DNA of 64,000 nt from Lepidodermella squamata (Eukaryota; Animalia; Gastrotricha). Shown here one piece after another: positions 1-12,409 of this stretch. The position numbers and the translations under genes are program-made. Position 1 is the first letter of the stretch, and every line of letters starts with the position of its first letter. Below the pieces are notes generated by a model that worked only from the letters and a program-made list of their open reading frames with translations, made no database searches and was not told the origin of the DNA. The DNA is taken from NCBI GenBank assembly GCA_047495785.1, contig JBLDXI010000024.1:1364001-1428000 (forward strand), written 5' to 3'.

Positions 1-675
1 TGTCGCGCAGTTGTTGATTACCGTGGCGCGCGGGCGCGTCGCTTCACCTTTAAGAGCGAGTGGCCCAAAGCGGATTATTATAGGCTATTATATTATCGGC
101 CACCAGTGCGGGCGGGCGCGAGGCCTGCTCGCATTTTCCTATATCTACAGCATCAATCCTTTAGTCCTAAATGCTGTTTATTGTTTTGAGGCACTGTATT
201 ATGGATTTTTTGCCCATATATATATTATATTCCTTTCTATACACCACACCACCTGCAGATTGACTGCATTTTGCGGGTAGTTTCTGCGCTTTATTAGCTC
301 TTTATTAGCCTCGTAAATAATTAGGTGTCTGTCATAGGCTGGAGTATGATTTTTTTAAGCTGGAATACTCGTACTTGTACTGATTCCAAATACCGAATCA
401 GGATGAATACTATCATTTTGCCTTAGAATCAATCAAAGGACATAGTTGTTTTTAGCCAATTTTGGGCAAAATTACCAAAAAAAACCATTTGAAAATACTC
501 GTATTCGAATTTTATTTTTGTGAGACATTTTTTTATTACTATTCACTCTGCTTAATACTTTTTCCTAAAAAAAATTCACTGATTCCTGCGATCGTTCTAG
601 GGACGTTTTTCCAGTTCATTCGTCATATTTTACTGATATTTTTAGGAATTATTTTATCACAGCAGGTTGATTAAA

Positions 676-1107
676 ATGAAATCGCCTGCTATGCTGCTGC
701 CAGTCAAGATGACTGTTATCGATAGAAGTCGCCGGAAACACGATCTCGGCTTCTGTTACTCGTGCGTTAACGTGGCACTTTTCATGGTCTTCACAGCGCT
801 TGCCGCTTATTTCCTGCTGATCTTCTGCTCTAACCTACCCGGTACTTCATACTCGCCCTTTCAAAGCCAATCGTCAAACAACTCGCCCATCTTCTTTACC
901 GCCGTCCTCAAGCCGCGATTCGAGTCGGAAAAATCGGACAGCAGCAATAATGAGATGATCGCGATTTGGGGCCAGGTGATATTTCGCCGCGAGTGGATAT
1001 GGAACGTGAACCGCGATACGACGGTAATTGTCGATGAATCATCATCATCATCCTCATCTCACTCAACTTCACAACTTCTGCGGCAACTGCTCAAGCGGCT
1101 AAGGTGA
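676..1107 (+). CDS. Orphan single-pass membrane protein
   Basis: ATG at 676 downstream of a possible acceptor (tttttag); one hydrophobic segment VNVALFMVFTALAAYFLLIFC; GC-richer than its flanks. No family recognised. Confidence 0.4.
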   Translation: MKSPAMLLPVKMTVIDRSRRKHDLGFCYSCVNVALFMVFTALAAYFLLIFCSNLPGTSYSPFQSQSSNNSPIFFTAVLKPRFESEKSDSSNNEMIAIWGQVIFRREWIWNVNRDTTVIVDESSSSSSSHSTSQLLRQLLKRLR

Positions 1108-2525
1108 TGGCGTGTATCGCGAAGCTTTTTACCACCATAACACGCGATGACCTTGATCATTTTATTAATTATTATGCAAATTTTTAACGATTTCTGCTGG
1201 CCTGTTACCATCAGTGACGTGACATCTGCTGACTCCTTGTAAAATATCAACTTGATTTTAAATTTTTCCAGAAAATTTTCGAAAAATAAAAAAATTGCAA
1301 GAATCAATATCAGAGAGTCGTTTCCTTGAATTGAAGTTCGGTTATAGGAAATCGATTTCATCTTCCCGAATTCGAATCTATAATCGATTTGCGATTTTTG
1401 GATTCAGAAGCTCCAGAAACTGGAAATTGTCACTCATGAAAATTAAGGTGAAAGAATATATCCAACTGACAGGTAAATTAACGGTAAAATGGGCGTTTTC
1501 TGGCACAGGTTCGTCCACCCTTCGAATATTTCGAAATTTCGAAATTCATCGCTTTGGACTGTTTCGGGCTTATGACTGGCATGAAGCTGGATCCATGCTG
1601 ATGATTATACTATTTTTTTATCACATCACCTTGATTTTCGGCTATTTTTTAAATCAATAGCTCAATGGGCGCTTCAGCAAAAATGATTGAAATTAAATCA
1701 CGAAATAGAAATGTTTACTTTCTGAAATTTATTATTAAATAAATATCTAATTTCCCATACAATTTTGATGTGTCAAATAAATTCATTGCGATTTCGGCTT
1801 CAATATTCTGTGCAGATTTATGGCTCATTCAAGCAGCAATCTAAATTTATATGATGATGCGTTTTCTTTTAATGGACAATTTTTGTCGCTATCAGAACAG
1901 ACGGACAGGCGCATGACTGGATTTCAGCTGCGCACCTGGAATCGATTGATAAGAATACTTAATTGCCGTGATTGCTATAATAAAATGAGACGTTCTTTTT
2001 ATAGGCCAAGTCTTAAATGAAGCTTCCACCACGTGTTATTTCTCCACCTTAAAAAAACCAAGTTTCACCTGTATTTTTATTCGCGAATTTTCGCACGCAT
2101 GGTGACACATCAGACATGCGAATATTGATTATCTCCTATGAATCATTTTAGCGTTCTTCGTCCTACATAATAACATGTAATATTTGCCGGACAGAAATGA
2201 AGACAATGCAAAGTCGCGGTGTGTTTTGATAATGGAAAAAAATTGACTCGCACGTCACTTAAAAGAAGTCGGTTTCTCACCTTAGCTTCATTCCATGCCA
2301 GCCAATGACAATAGGAACGAAAAACTGCGCCAACCATTCTTCATTTTTTTCGAACGCTTATTCACCGTAACGAAGTGAATGTTTGCTTATAAAATATTAA
2401 AATCACTTGTTTTGATCGCCACTACGCAGTTGAGCGGTCTTGAATTCATTAATGGTTGATAAAAGTAAGACATCAGGTCAAATCAATCGCTCTTCGTTAT
2501 ACAACCCGTCCGTTGCAATAGTCTC

Positions 2526-3734
2526 ATGGCGGATAAGTACAAAACAGAAATTTCTAGCATGTCGTTACATTATTCAAGCGTTGATATGGCAATCGAAGTA
2601 GCTCATCATAGATCGGCGATTTTCACGTTGAAACGGCTGGCGATTCTCATGTTCAGCCTAGTGGCGGTTACTATGGTTTTAGCTGTCAATACCCATATTT
2701 ACGCCACCAAAGTTTCAAGATACCTCTCGCGGCAAATCAGCCAGACTCACGTCGAAAGTCGCGAGCTAGTCATAGTCGACGTGTTCGACAATTCTGGCGA
2801 AGACTCCCAACCTGAGGCGATAAAGCAGCCAGAGATAACAACCACCTTAAAACCTGTAAAATCTACCATACCAGCTGCTTTGATGGAAATGTATTTCGCG
2901 AGAAGACGGGAACAGTTGTCGAAAGGCTGCGCGGTTTTCAACAAAGGCAAGTCACCCTACGATGACAAAAAAGCTATCGATGTCTCGTCTGAAGCGTTCA
3001 AACTTGCGGCGACTAATGTTGTAGTCGACACTCAACACAACGTGCTGTTCTGCTCGAGCCCTAAAGTGGCTAGCACGAGTTGGAAAAAGGTTTTCCTTAC
3101 CCTTGGGCCGAATAATTTCACGTCTCCAGACGAAATTTCGGACGACTACGTCTATTCCGATGCTGGAAAGCGGCATTTGAAGAAGCTTGCGTATTTCCCA
3201 GCTAAAGAGCAGTTGGAAATGTTGGCGAAATTTCAAAAAATTCTCTGGGTTCGAGACCCTTACCAGCGGGTGTTATCTGCTTATCGGTCGAAATTCCAGT
3301 CTGGCAGCGGCTACTACCCTGCTGTTTTCGGACGGGACATTATCCGCCGATTCCGCAAAAACGCAACGCCGCAAGAAATCGAAGCTGGAACCGACGTGAA
3401 ACTGAGTGAATTTCTTGAGTTCTTAGCTAGCGAGTACTCCCAGGGCTTCAGCGATGTTCACTGGCTCCAGCAGATGAAGTACTGCGGGGCGTGTGAGATT
3501 CCGTACGACTATATCGGAAAATTTGAAGGTTCAGCTTTACAGACTGAATCTGACTATGTTCTCGAAAAAACGACTGGCCGGCAAGATTTACACTTACCAG
3601 CCTATAAATTGATGAATACCTCATCCTCAACTTCAGTTTCTATCGACGGCATCCCTAAGAGGACCCTTAGAATTGTGACGCATGCTTATTCGGCTGATTT
3701 TGCCTTATTTTCATATATCAAACCCGACTTTTGA
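2526..3734 (+). CDS. Golgi carbohydrate sulfotransferase (Sulfotransfer_2, CHST8-14/HNK-1ST family), intronless
   Basis: Type II TM anchor; 5'-PSB motif CSSPKVASTSWK; 3'-PB motif VRDPYQRVLSAYRSKF; HW..C..C..YDYIGKFE; C-terminal YSADFALFSY. Confidence 0.92.
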   Translation: MADKYKTEISSMSLHYSSVDMAIEVAHHRSAIFTLKRLAILMFSLVAVTMVLAVNTHIYATKVSRYLSRQISQTHVESRELVIVDVFDNSGEDSQPEAIKQPEITTTLKPVKSTIPAALMEMYFARRREQLSKGCAVFNKGKSPYDDKKAIDVSSEAFKLAATNVVVDTQHNVLFCSSPKVASTSWKKVFLTLGPNNFTSPDEISDDYVYSDAGKRHLKKLAYFPAKEQLEMLAKFQKILWVRDPYQRVLSAYRSKFQSGSGYYPAVFGRDIIRRFRKNATPQEIEAGTDVKLSEFLEFLASEYSQGFSDVHWLQQMKYCGACEIPYDYIGKFEGSALQTESDYVLEKTTGRQDLHLPAYKLMNTSSSTSVSIDGIPKRTLRIVTHAYSADFALFSYIKPDF

Positions 3735-4090
3735 CAACCTGCTGCTTTCATTATAGTTAATGCAATAACTTCATTTATTTATTCTTTTTTCCGCAATTCG
3801 ACTATAAAAAATAATGACGAAATATAATGATGAATCATCCCGACGAGATCTTAGAAAATAAATTGATTGGTGCGAATAATTGTCTCCATATCAATTATGA
3901 AAATGCGTGTATCGATCCAGAACCGGTTTGCTACTTAATCCCTTTAAAATAAATTGGGAAATATAGCGATAGAAAAAAACAGTGGCATGCAGTGAATTTA
4001 CATTATTATTTTGATTAGATGAAGATGCTAGATCGTCTCCTATAGTTAATTATTAACCTGGAGAATGATTGAATTTGTAGAGCAACCTGG

Positions 4091-4348
4091 CTACCTACGG
4101 CCAACGTTGTTACCGGCGATTGAAGCGACCTGCTTTTCATATAGATCAGGGCCTTTGAATTCGCCAGGGCTCATCGAGTAAAATTTGCTAGACTTACTAC
4201 CAAACGCACCTGGAAAAAATTGTTTAAGGAGGATTTTTTTATAATTTGTTTCTTTACTCTTTCGAGGAATTGCGATTCCATGTTCGATGAGGAAAATCAG
4301 AAAAATAGCGCAGATCATAGCAGATACAACAGTGTGGTGGCCACTCAT
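4091..4348 (-). CDS. Small secreted protein, cluster member 8
   Basis: Signal peptide MSGHHTVVSAMICAIFLIFLIEHGIA. The unspliced ORF ends VGRR-stop; a short intron near the end is also possible. Confidence 0.55.
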   Translation of the reverse strand: MSGHHTVVSAMICAIFLIFLIEHGIAIPRKSKETNYKKILLKQFFPGAFGSKSSKFYSMSPGEFKGPDLYEKQVASIAGNNVGRR

Positions 4349-4457
4349 TATTTTTTGTGGTTATATTGAGGATAAAAAATCGGTGTAATTCAAGAGGAAA
4401 AAATAGCATAATATTGGGGTCATTATTTTAAATTACGCATCGCTAACGCCCGCGGCT

Positions 4458-4964
4458 TCACTCGCTGTCATCGAAATTTGACAGTGACGAAAGAACTTCA
4501 TTCGACAACAAGTCAAATCGCTTGACAGCTGATAGCTTCTTCGGCCGACCGCCCCCGTACTGCTTTGTGTGATAGCTCAGCACCGGTATGCGCATGACAT
4601 CGTCGAAATTTTGCGACGGAGAATCCTCCTCGCGTAAAATCGAAACACCAGATCGCAGCTTGAGTTTTCGCAGTTCGGGAGCTAGAGTCGTTGGCTTGGC
4701 CTTCGGCTCTTCCTGTCGTTGAATCGCTCCAACTGCAGTTCTAAAGCCTAGAAATCTAGCAGCAGGTCGATCACTGTGGAAACTGCTAGATTCAGGTAAT
4801 TTCGCATCTTGAAAATGAGAAAGAAATTAGAAAAAATTGGTTATGAAAGATGAAAGCTGACTTCGTGATTGAGTATCAATTCCGCCCCTCCAAACGACAC
4901 CAGATCCAATAGCATCAGCCACCGCGAGAGTAAATGTTAAAGGAAGTAAAATTGAAGCTTTCAT
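4458..4964 (-). CDS. Small secreted protein, 2 exons (intron 4808-4861), cluster member 7
   Basis: MKASILLPLTFTLAVADA signal; a 54-nt phase-1 GT-AG intron joins it to an open frame NAKLPESSSF...NFDDSE-stop. Not in the ORF track. Confidence 0.65.
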
Positions 4965-5179
4965 TTCTTGTAATAAGAAAAATCATGAAAAATGACCAAG
5001 CTGAAACGCACTTTTCGCCAGTATCTAATGATCAAATTTGATATAGCTAATAAAAAATTGCATGTTCTCCCTCGTAGGATACTTTAATGTCTTTAGGAAT
5101 CAATAGAAACAACGTGCCAAAAATCGCTTTATTTTTTTTCTTTCGCTCAACAGTCGAGATTTGCAAATTAGATAGAGAC

Positions 5180-5767
5180 TCAATCATTCGAATACTCGAC
5201 GTCATCATCGCCGATAATCATGTTTTTGATGATTTTCTTACGTGACGTGCCTCGCTCGCTCGAATGGCTGGTTGCATCGTTTTCTCGCAAATGCCGAGCG
5301 CTGTTAGACACTGGAACGAGAATGATGCGGGCGGGATTCGCCGCTGATTCGGCTGATTCATCTGCTTCACCTGATGATGATGATGCTGACTTGATTAGCT
5401 CAGCATCTGGCGATACAGCGCTGCTATCTGTTGCCTGACCCCGAAAGCTCACGCGCGACTTGGCTAATGCGCTCGGAAATCGGTCTAGAAAAAAAATTAT
5501 CCCAACAATTTAAATTAGGTCACATAAATAGGACGATAAATTGTTTGTCTTTATATAAAAAAATCCATCTTAAAAATTGCATAAATTAAAAAATAAGAAA
5601 AATTATTAAATTAATAAGTTATTACCCAGAGAAGTTCTGCGAATAATTCGAGGTGAAAAATCTTGGCTATCGATATAGCCTTGGAAATTTTCACTCGCCA
5701 CAATGGCGAGAAAGGCCATGAAAACGCTGACCAGCAGGCAATGATGTAAATTAATTTTTTTCAACAT
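5180..5767 (-). CDS. Small secreted protein, 2 exons (intron 5485-5625), cluster member 6
   Basis: MLKKINLHHCLLVSVFMAFLAIVAS signal; phase-1 intron; exon 2 starts DRFPSALAKSRVSF and continues as ORF 5180-5452. Confidence 0.7.
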
Positions 5768-6397
5768 TATATGGTGAATTACGACCGTGTGGTCCCTATT
5801 TTCGACAAATGAAAAAAATTTCGTTAATGCGACGCGGCACGCAGAAGGCAATGTCACAAAATGCTTGTTATGAGCGCGAGGCGCGCGCGAAAAATCTATC
5901 GCCAATATGTCAAGCGATGCGTGAAAACTGCATTAGCATTAAACCCGTCATACGAAGATGCATCGAAATGTGTCGCCTTGTTCGTTCGGGATAAAATAAT
6001 TAATTTGCAGCGCAGTGATGATGAAAAGCTCGAAGCTTTTCCCTGCGAAATGTCCCAAGTGTACCCTGATGTGCATTCAGCAATAAAGAATCGTCTGCTC
6101 TTATTGCCAAAAAACCGCGAGCGTCATTTTGCTGAGTAGGTGTACGCCATTGGATTCAAATTAATCACTATAGAGTTATTTCCCGGGCCTTTGAAAGTCA
6201 CAGCATGTCGGATTAATCACCTTGGCTGGATCACAAATTCGCGATACAACACGAGGGTGTCAAATCTTTTTAGACGTATCATGATTAAATCCAATTATCA
6301 AAATTGCTTCCGCCCTTCTTTATAAATTGAAAAAGGGCGTGATGAGAAATAGTTTACGTAAACAAATCCACGCATTATCAATGTCTTATGTCTTATA

Positions 6398-6708
6398 CTA
6401 AAATTGTCTTCCAGCTTTATTATTTTCGCTAATTGGCTTTGCCGTGCGGTGGAAGGTCATCATTGGCGAGACGACTTTATTGTTGGAACTTTTTGCTTTT
6501 TTGGCATGAGCTGCGGCAGCGATAACTCCAAAAATATTATCGTCATTAACAGCTTTTTCTGGAATAGCAAAGCCGTGAAGGCAATTAAATCGAAAATTTA
6601 ACTTTTACCAAATTTCCTTTGACGTAGCTTGGCCTCTTCGATCGGAGTTAAACTCAGGCAAGTGTTGATAAGGACCAGGACTACAACAAGCACAAGTGTG
6701 AAATTCAT
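6398..6708 (-). CDS. Small secreted protein, 2 exons (intron 6559-6608), cluster member 5
   Basis: MNFTLVLVVVLVLINTCLS signal then LTPIEEAKLRQRKF; 50-nt phase-1 intron; exon 2 open to AGRQF-stop. Confidence 0.7.
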
Positions 6709-7126
6709 GATCTCAAAAAGTGCGATTTTATTTCTCTGAGTAAAAAAAACAGAATAACGCAAAATTCTCATTTTTTAGTATCATTTGTCGCGAAGGCTTC
6801 TCCGAGATTAGGTGGACACGCCTTCGGGTATTAGATGGCTTATTTTGTTTACCAAAAAGTCCCATATAAAATCATTACGAAGGCCGCGAGTTGTTATTGA
6901 GAACTTGATTTGGCTGGCAAATAACGATCAAGAGGATTCTTGTTAAGATTCGAGCTTTCTGAGGCTATTTTTACACCCATAAGACAGAGTTGATAAGTCT
7001 TCTTATAACAAAACCTCGGGTAAAATCGGGAATTTACTTTCAAAAATAGTTTTTTTCTAAATCATTATCAGGTATAAAAAAACCGGGTAATCCCAAAGAA
7101 AGAAAAGGTAATTTGAAGTTTGGCTA

Positions 7127-7577
7127 CTACCAGTCATCAGATTCGAAAATTTCTCGCTGTATGGGTCTAATCTGCTTCAATTTCCCTGCCGAGTATCGCT
7201 GGCCAAGATCTCCAAAGGTTAGCGTGAATAGGCGAGATTCCTGCTGTTGTTGAGGCTGCGGCTGCGGCGGCTGCGGCGTCGTCGGCAATGTCGGCGGCGG
7301 CAATTTAGACACACTCGACACCGGCGGAGTGACCCCTTTTCCGGCGGCTTTCATTGCGAGAGAGCCGAATCGTGCGCGCAGTTTAGCGAGCTCATTCGGA
7401 AATCGCTCTGTATAAAAATTGATAATAATATTAAAAGATGATAAGAACTGCGGAAAAAGGGTTACCTTGTTGTTTTCGAAGCTTTGCCTGCTCTTTCGCG
7501 GTGAGTACCTTTGCCGATACGACACAGTGAATGATGAAAACGGTCGCGAGAGCAACAGAAATTTGAGATGAGTGCAT
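7127..7577 (-). CDS. Small secreted protein, 2 exons (intron 7408-7465), cluster member 4
   Basis: MHSSQISVALATVFIIHCVVSA signal then VLTAKEQAKLRKQQ; phase-1 intron; exon 2 ERFPNELAKLRARFGSL followed by a Pro/Gln-rich tail. Confidence 0.72.
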
Positions 7578-7953
7578 TTTTCTAAACTTTTTTTATTGAA
7601 ATTCTAGATTGCGGAATACATTTTTAAAGAATTTTATAATGATTCAGTTGTATTTCACAGGCGCTATTGTGGTGGTAATTCAATAACGCGGCCGGTAATT
7701 AGAGCATTATTTAGGTCGCCCTCAGCTTCAGATCGAGCGTGACATATTTCTCTGGATTTTTTATTGCGATTTAATGGAAAAAAATAAAAATTCATCGATA
7801 AATGCATGCAAAAAAGAAAATTCGATGTCCATAGAACCTCGAAAACTACGTTTCAAAATAGCGGAAGCATTAACGCCTCCTTAACCGGATGTAGATATTA
7901 GTTATTTATAGATATGATGAAACTGTCGTATATAGAGCAGAGCTTTTATACAT

Positions 7954-8233
7954 CTAGGCTCGGGCCTGTCTTGCGCGGATGGCGGATTTCAGTTGATTCT
8001 GACGCGCGATTTTCGGAAGCACTGACAGAGCGCCGAAGCGCATAAGCTTGCTGTGGACGGCTGGGAGGTCATCTGTTATTCAAGATTTATCAATCAGAAT
8101 TCAGCTAAAAAATGAGTTGTTTACCTCCTTCTCCCAAATTAACGGCTTTATTATCCGCGGGGGCCGCAGTGGCAAATCGGCTTAGAAGGCCGATAGTGAA
8201 AAGTACGGCTGAAATAAGGGCGAGAAATTTCAT
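7954..8233 (-). CDS. Small secreted protein, 2 exons (intron 8073-8124), cluster member 3
   Basis: MKFLALISAVLFTIGLLSRFATA signal; 52-nt phase-1 intron; exon 2 DDLPAVHSKLMRFGALSVLPKIARQNQLKSAIRARQARA-stop. Confidence 0.7.
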
Positions 8234-9556
8234 TTTTTTGCGAAGGAAAACGTACTACTTTTCTATAATAAAGATAAAAATTCGGGAAAAATAGTCATTA
8301 AAACGCGCCATAAATAGTCTGCGGGAGTTGGCTATTCCAGATTGCCACTTGATCTTGGCTCAATGGCTCAATAAAAATTGAAAAAGTAGGGAGAGCTTTG
8401 ACGACAGGCGGGATTGAAATTAATACATCCGGAAAGGGGAACGAATTTCGATTTTTGCTATCACTGATCCTTTTAGTAGAGCTTAAGTAGTGGATAAGTC
8501 GTGTTCAAGTGTTTGCGTGATTGCAAATAAACGTGGCTTCCGATGCTTGAACAGAAAAAATGACCCACTCAAAATCTGATCCAGCAGACGCGGGTTTGCT
8601 CTGACTCAGAAATTTTCTTGAAACCGAACACACTTCCCACGCCATTTGAAGTTTTTCTCACTCATTTCAGTTGCCTGTCAAAATAGGAAAAAATCCGTCG
8701 GGAGATTTGTTATCGTTGATAATTATCCGTTAGATAAAGAATTAACGGTACTCACACTATTGCATTATTGCGGGGTAAATCGGAACTCTTTTATAGCTTT
8801 GCAGATGTAGATTGCTTTTATAAGCCGCTGAAATATGAAAACAAGGGTAAATGCGTAACATTCGCTGTCTTACCAGCCTTCGAATGGCGTAAAGCTTTGT
8901 GTAATCCGAGCGGTGGCCAATTTATTGAAAATCTAATAAGCAGTAAACCCCATCTGATGTCGATTTTTGTGACCCTAGCTAATAAAAATGAGACCGACCG
9001 ATGGAAATAAAATATTTTTTTTTTCAGAATTTTTCTTGACCCTTTCACGGCTGAATTTTACTCCAACAAGCAGAAAATTTCGACTTCGGCATCAGTATGC
9101 AATGTTAGGGACTTGTGCGTATATTTCCTTTTAGTTTCTGATTTCACTAAAGCTTTCAATCCCGCTAGAATATAGATTAATCCGGATGAATGATTCATAG
9201 AATTCGTAAGCCAGGCTACTATGTGCTGTCAGTTTTTCAGGAAACTTAGAAAAAAATCACCTGGCAATTTGTCAATTGGATCCTGCCGAATACGCCTCTG
9301 AAGTCAATAGAGCAGGCAAAATAGCTAAGACATTCGATGGAAGAAAATTAGAAGATCATTCATCGTTTCGGAATTTTAAAATTTGATTGCGTTTTCCGAA
9401 TGCGTTAAAGCAATTTGGGTTTCAGGTTACAGATTCCTGTAGCCGACATTCGAAAGTAGAACCTACAAACAGAGACAGGCGAAATCGTCAAATTTTTGGA
9501 ACAGCGACAAAGTCGAAATTCCGAAATAGGGGTCTTTCCCACTGTGAATAGGTTAA

Positions 9557-10061
9557 CACTTTAACTGCCAAAAATAGACTGCGAGGTCCGATATTTGGGT
9601 CTAATTCCTGGGTCTGTCAAAAAGTCTTTTATTTCGGGTCAACGATGCGTCGAGGGGCAAAATGCCTGACGGCAAAGTGTAGGCCATGACCTGGCGGTTC
9701 TTTTGACACCGAATTCGGGGCCACAAGGTCTGAGCAGGTCATTGAAAATGACAGTGAAATAACGTCGAAAATTTTGGATTAGAGCCAAAAATCAGACCCA
9801 AGAATTGGACCTAATTATTAGACCCAGATTATGGCGCAACAATCGAAATTTCACTGTTTTTCAAGTTTGATTTCTGTGCGTTCCTTGAAGTCTTTGGCCC
9901 CAAATTCGGTGTCAAAAGAACCGCCAGGTCATGGCCTACACTTTGCCGTCAGGCATTTTGCCCCTCGACGCATCGTTGACCCGAAATAAAAGACTTTTTG
10001 ACAGACCCAGGAATTAGACCCAAATATCGGACCTCGCAGTCTATTTTTGGCAGTTAAAGTG
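9557..10061. mobile_element. piggyBac-type MITE (505 bp) with long TIRs and TTAA target-site duplication
   Basis: Near-perfect inverted repeats of about 165 bp (CACTTTAACTGCC...GGCAGTTAAAGTG), flanked by TTAA at 9553-9556 and 10062-10065; non-coding. Confidence 0.9.
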
Positions 10062-10567
10062 TTAAGTGGACAATGGATGACCGCTCTTTGGATGAAATTT
10101 GTCTTTTATTGAAAGTTGTTGTCCCTGCAACTGAATAAAAACAACAATAGGACGATACACCGGAATAATTACCCGGAATTTTTGATCTTATAAGAATTAT
10201 GGAAATATATAGGCGTCCAGCTCAACATTGAATCGGAATCAGCCGGAATATAGATCAATATAGGATGGATAGCAAAACTCGCAAGTAAAGGGTATATGCA
10301 AATGAGCGTCCAAAATCACCCGCTAACCACCGTCCACCTTAATGCGAAATGATTAAAATTTTCAAAAATCAGGAAAAATTCATATAATAGCCAAAGTTTG
10401 CAGATCATCAACAAATTATGTTCCTCAATTTGATCTAAAACATGATTTTTTTTATAAATCCAACGCTGATTTTTTATCATCGGAAAACATGGTTTCTTCT
10501 AACGTCTAAGTTTACCCCTCGCTACCGAAAAAAAAATCATTTTTATTCCTGAAAACTCAATCACGAA

Positions 10568-11331
10568 TCACGAAATGAAAATATGGTGTCGACTTTTAGC
10601 CGGCGGCGGCATGCCTTCTTTTTGAACGGACAACGAATTTACGTTGAGCGGGTCGCGAACTAGAATGGGCGAGTCATCGATAGACGGCACGTAGCCATGC
10701 CGCACGTTATTTTCGACTGTTTGCAATTTATGCAGCTGATGCATGGCCATGCCCCATGCTTGTCTGATGTTATTCTGCCGATTCACCTCAGGATGATCGA
10801 CGGGCAATTGTCGAGGTGTTTCAATACCGTCAGATCGTGACAGAGATTTACCCAAGCGGGATTTTAGCGATGAGACGTAAGCGCCTAAAAAAATATAAAA
10901 AAATTGTAAACTAAGCAAATATTCGAAATATCTAGCGATAAAAAAATCCAGCTTAAATTTATTTTTCAAATTTTCTAGAAATTTCAGAAAAAAATGATAA
11001 AATACGGAAAAGTTTCCTATCGGTCCATAATTCCATAAATATCATTCATTGATATTCGAAAAAATGTGTTCCAATAAAAATCGAATTGTTACTTACCGAC
11101 AGCTCTATGACCATAAGATCCGTCCGAAGTAATCGCGTGAGCCGTTGATTCCGAAGTTTTACGATCGGCGGTTTTATTGCATGTAATAAAAGTGCATAAA
11201 TTCGTCGAGACAATTACGATAACCACAATGAAAGCAATGAAACATGACGCGGCTAAGATCCACATACAGGCGCTACCCCGCCGTTCGAGATAGGCGTGCC
11301 GTAGGCTGTCTGTTGACCATTTCATTGGCAT
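10568..11331 (-). CDS. Secreted or type II anchored protein, 2 or more exons (intron 10885-11096), cluster member 2
   Basis: Hydrophobic segment MWILAASCFIAFIVVIVIVS; GTAAGT donor, phase 1; exon 2 GAYVSSLKSRLGK... The start codon is uncertain (11331, 11265 or an upstream exon). Confidence 0.6.
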
Positions 11332-11912
11332 AAAATTCTGGTAGCTGTCACTGCTCTTGACGTACAAGAGTTTAACTCGTTCTTCGCTAACGTTGTCAAT
11401 ATTGAGGCCTTTTATTCGTAATAATGTTAAACAAATATTAGTCGGTTACGTTGGTCAGTAAGTAGTAGCTCTTGTATCGAACGATGATTTATCCGCATTG
11501 AATTCGCTCTGGCAACTAAAACACGGAACAAGAACAAATGAGCGAGGCGGGCACAGCGCGAGAGAAATTCGAAACTAATTGCCGACGAAGCGTTATCCGC
11601 CTTCTCGAACTTACTGTTTCGTGACGGCAAGGCCGGAAGTCGAAAACGACTTTTTTTTATGAGAAGGGTGCTAATAGCTTTTGTCTTAATATGTACAGGA
11701 TTTACGAGTCCGATTGCCCGCAATGTTTGCTCTTTAAAAGTGCGTTTTTATTTCAATTTATTTCCAAATCTGAGTCAGCTTTTAAATCTGCCGTTAAATC
11801 CCTGGATTTTGCGATGAGTCAAATAAATCATTTTTTATTTTCTGAATACAGGGTAAAATCAGGGGTACAGGGTGTCCAATAACATCAAGATCCGCCTTAA
11901 TTAGTTATTCGC

Positions 11913-12409
11913 CTATCCAATGACTGAGTTGCCGTAAAATTTCGGGTTCATTTGCTTAGCCGGCGTTGTTGTTCGGTTGTATTTCAAGATTTTAACAGCT
12001 CGTTCCAACGATTCGCGGAGAGCTGCCTGCTGCAGAAGTTGAGGAGAGCCGTACAGTGATTTCATAACCGACCGCCAAGCTGGGCCCCTCAGCTTAGCAT
12101 TCTGCTCTGGAAAACTGTGATCTTCCGGCGTAGCGCCGAGCCCTTGAGTTGTCGCCAACATTTCAGTCGATGGCTCATCGGTTGTTGTAGTAGTCGGCTT
12201 CCTGGCTACGCCGTAACGGCTTCGAGCTCCAGTTGATATATAGCCTCCTTAAAAGCTAAAGATGATGCAAAATCCTCGAGTGATTGTCAAATATTACCCG
12301 CAGCTTTGTTATTAATGGCGTATTCTTTGCCATGTTTCGAAAGTTCTCCGCATAAAACGCGATCAATCTCAAACGCTAAAAGAAAGCCAATAACGAAATA
12401 GGACTTCAT
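11913..12409 (-). CDS. Small secreted protein, 2 exons (intron 12248-12297), cluster member 1
   Basis: MKSYFVIGFLLAFEIDRVLC signal; 50-nt phase-1 intron; exon 2 GGYISTGARSRYGVARKPTTTTT joins ORF 11913-12161. Confidence 0.68.

Noticed and set aside
11-674. Short ORFs at the window start
   Set aside because: Non-ATG starts, AT-rich low-complexity translation and no motifs.
7247-7441. Arg-rich + strand ORF
   Set aside because: It is the antisense shadow of the Pro/Gln-rich exon of the minus-strand secreted gene.
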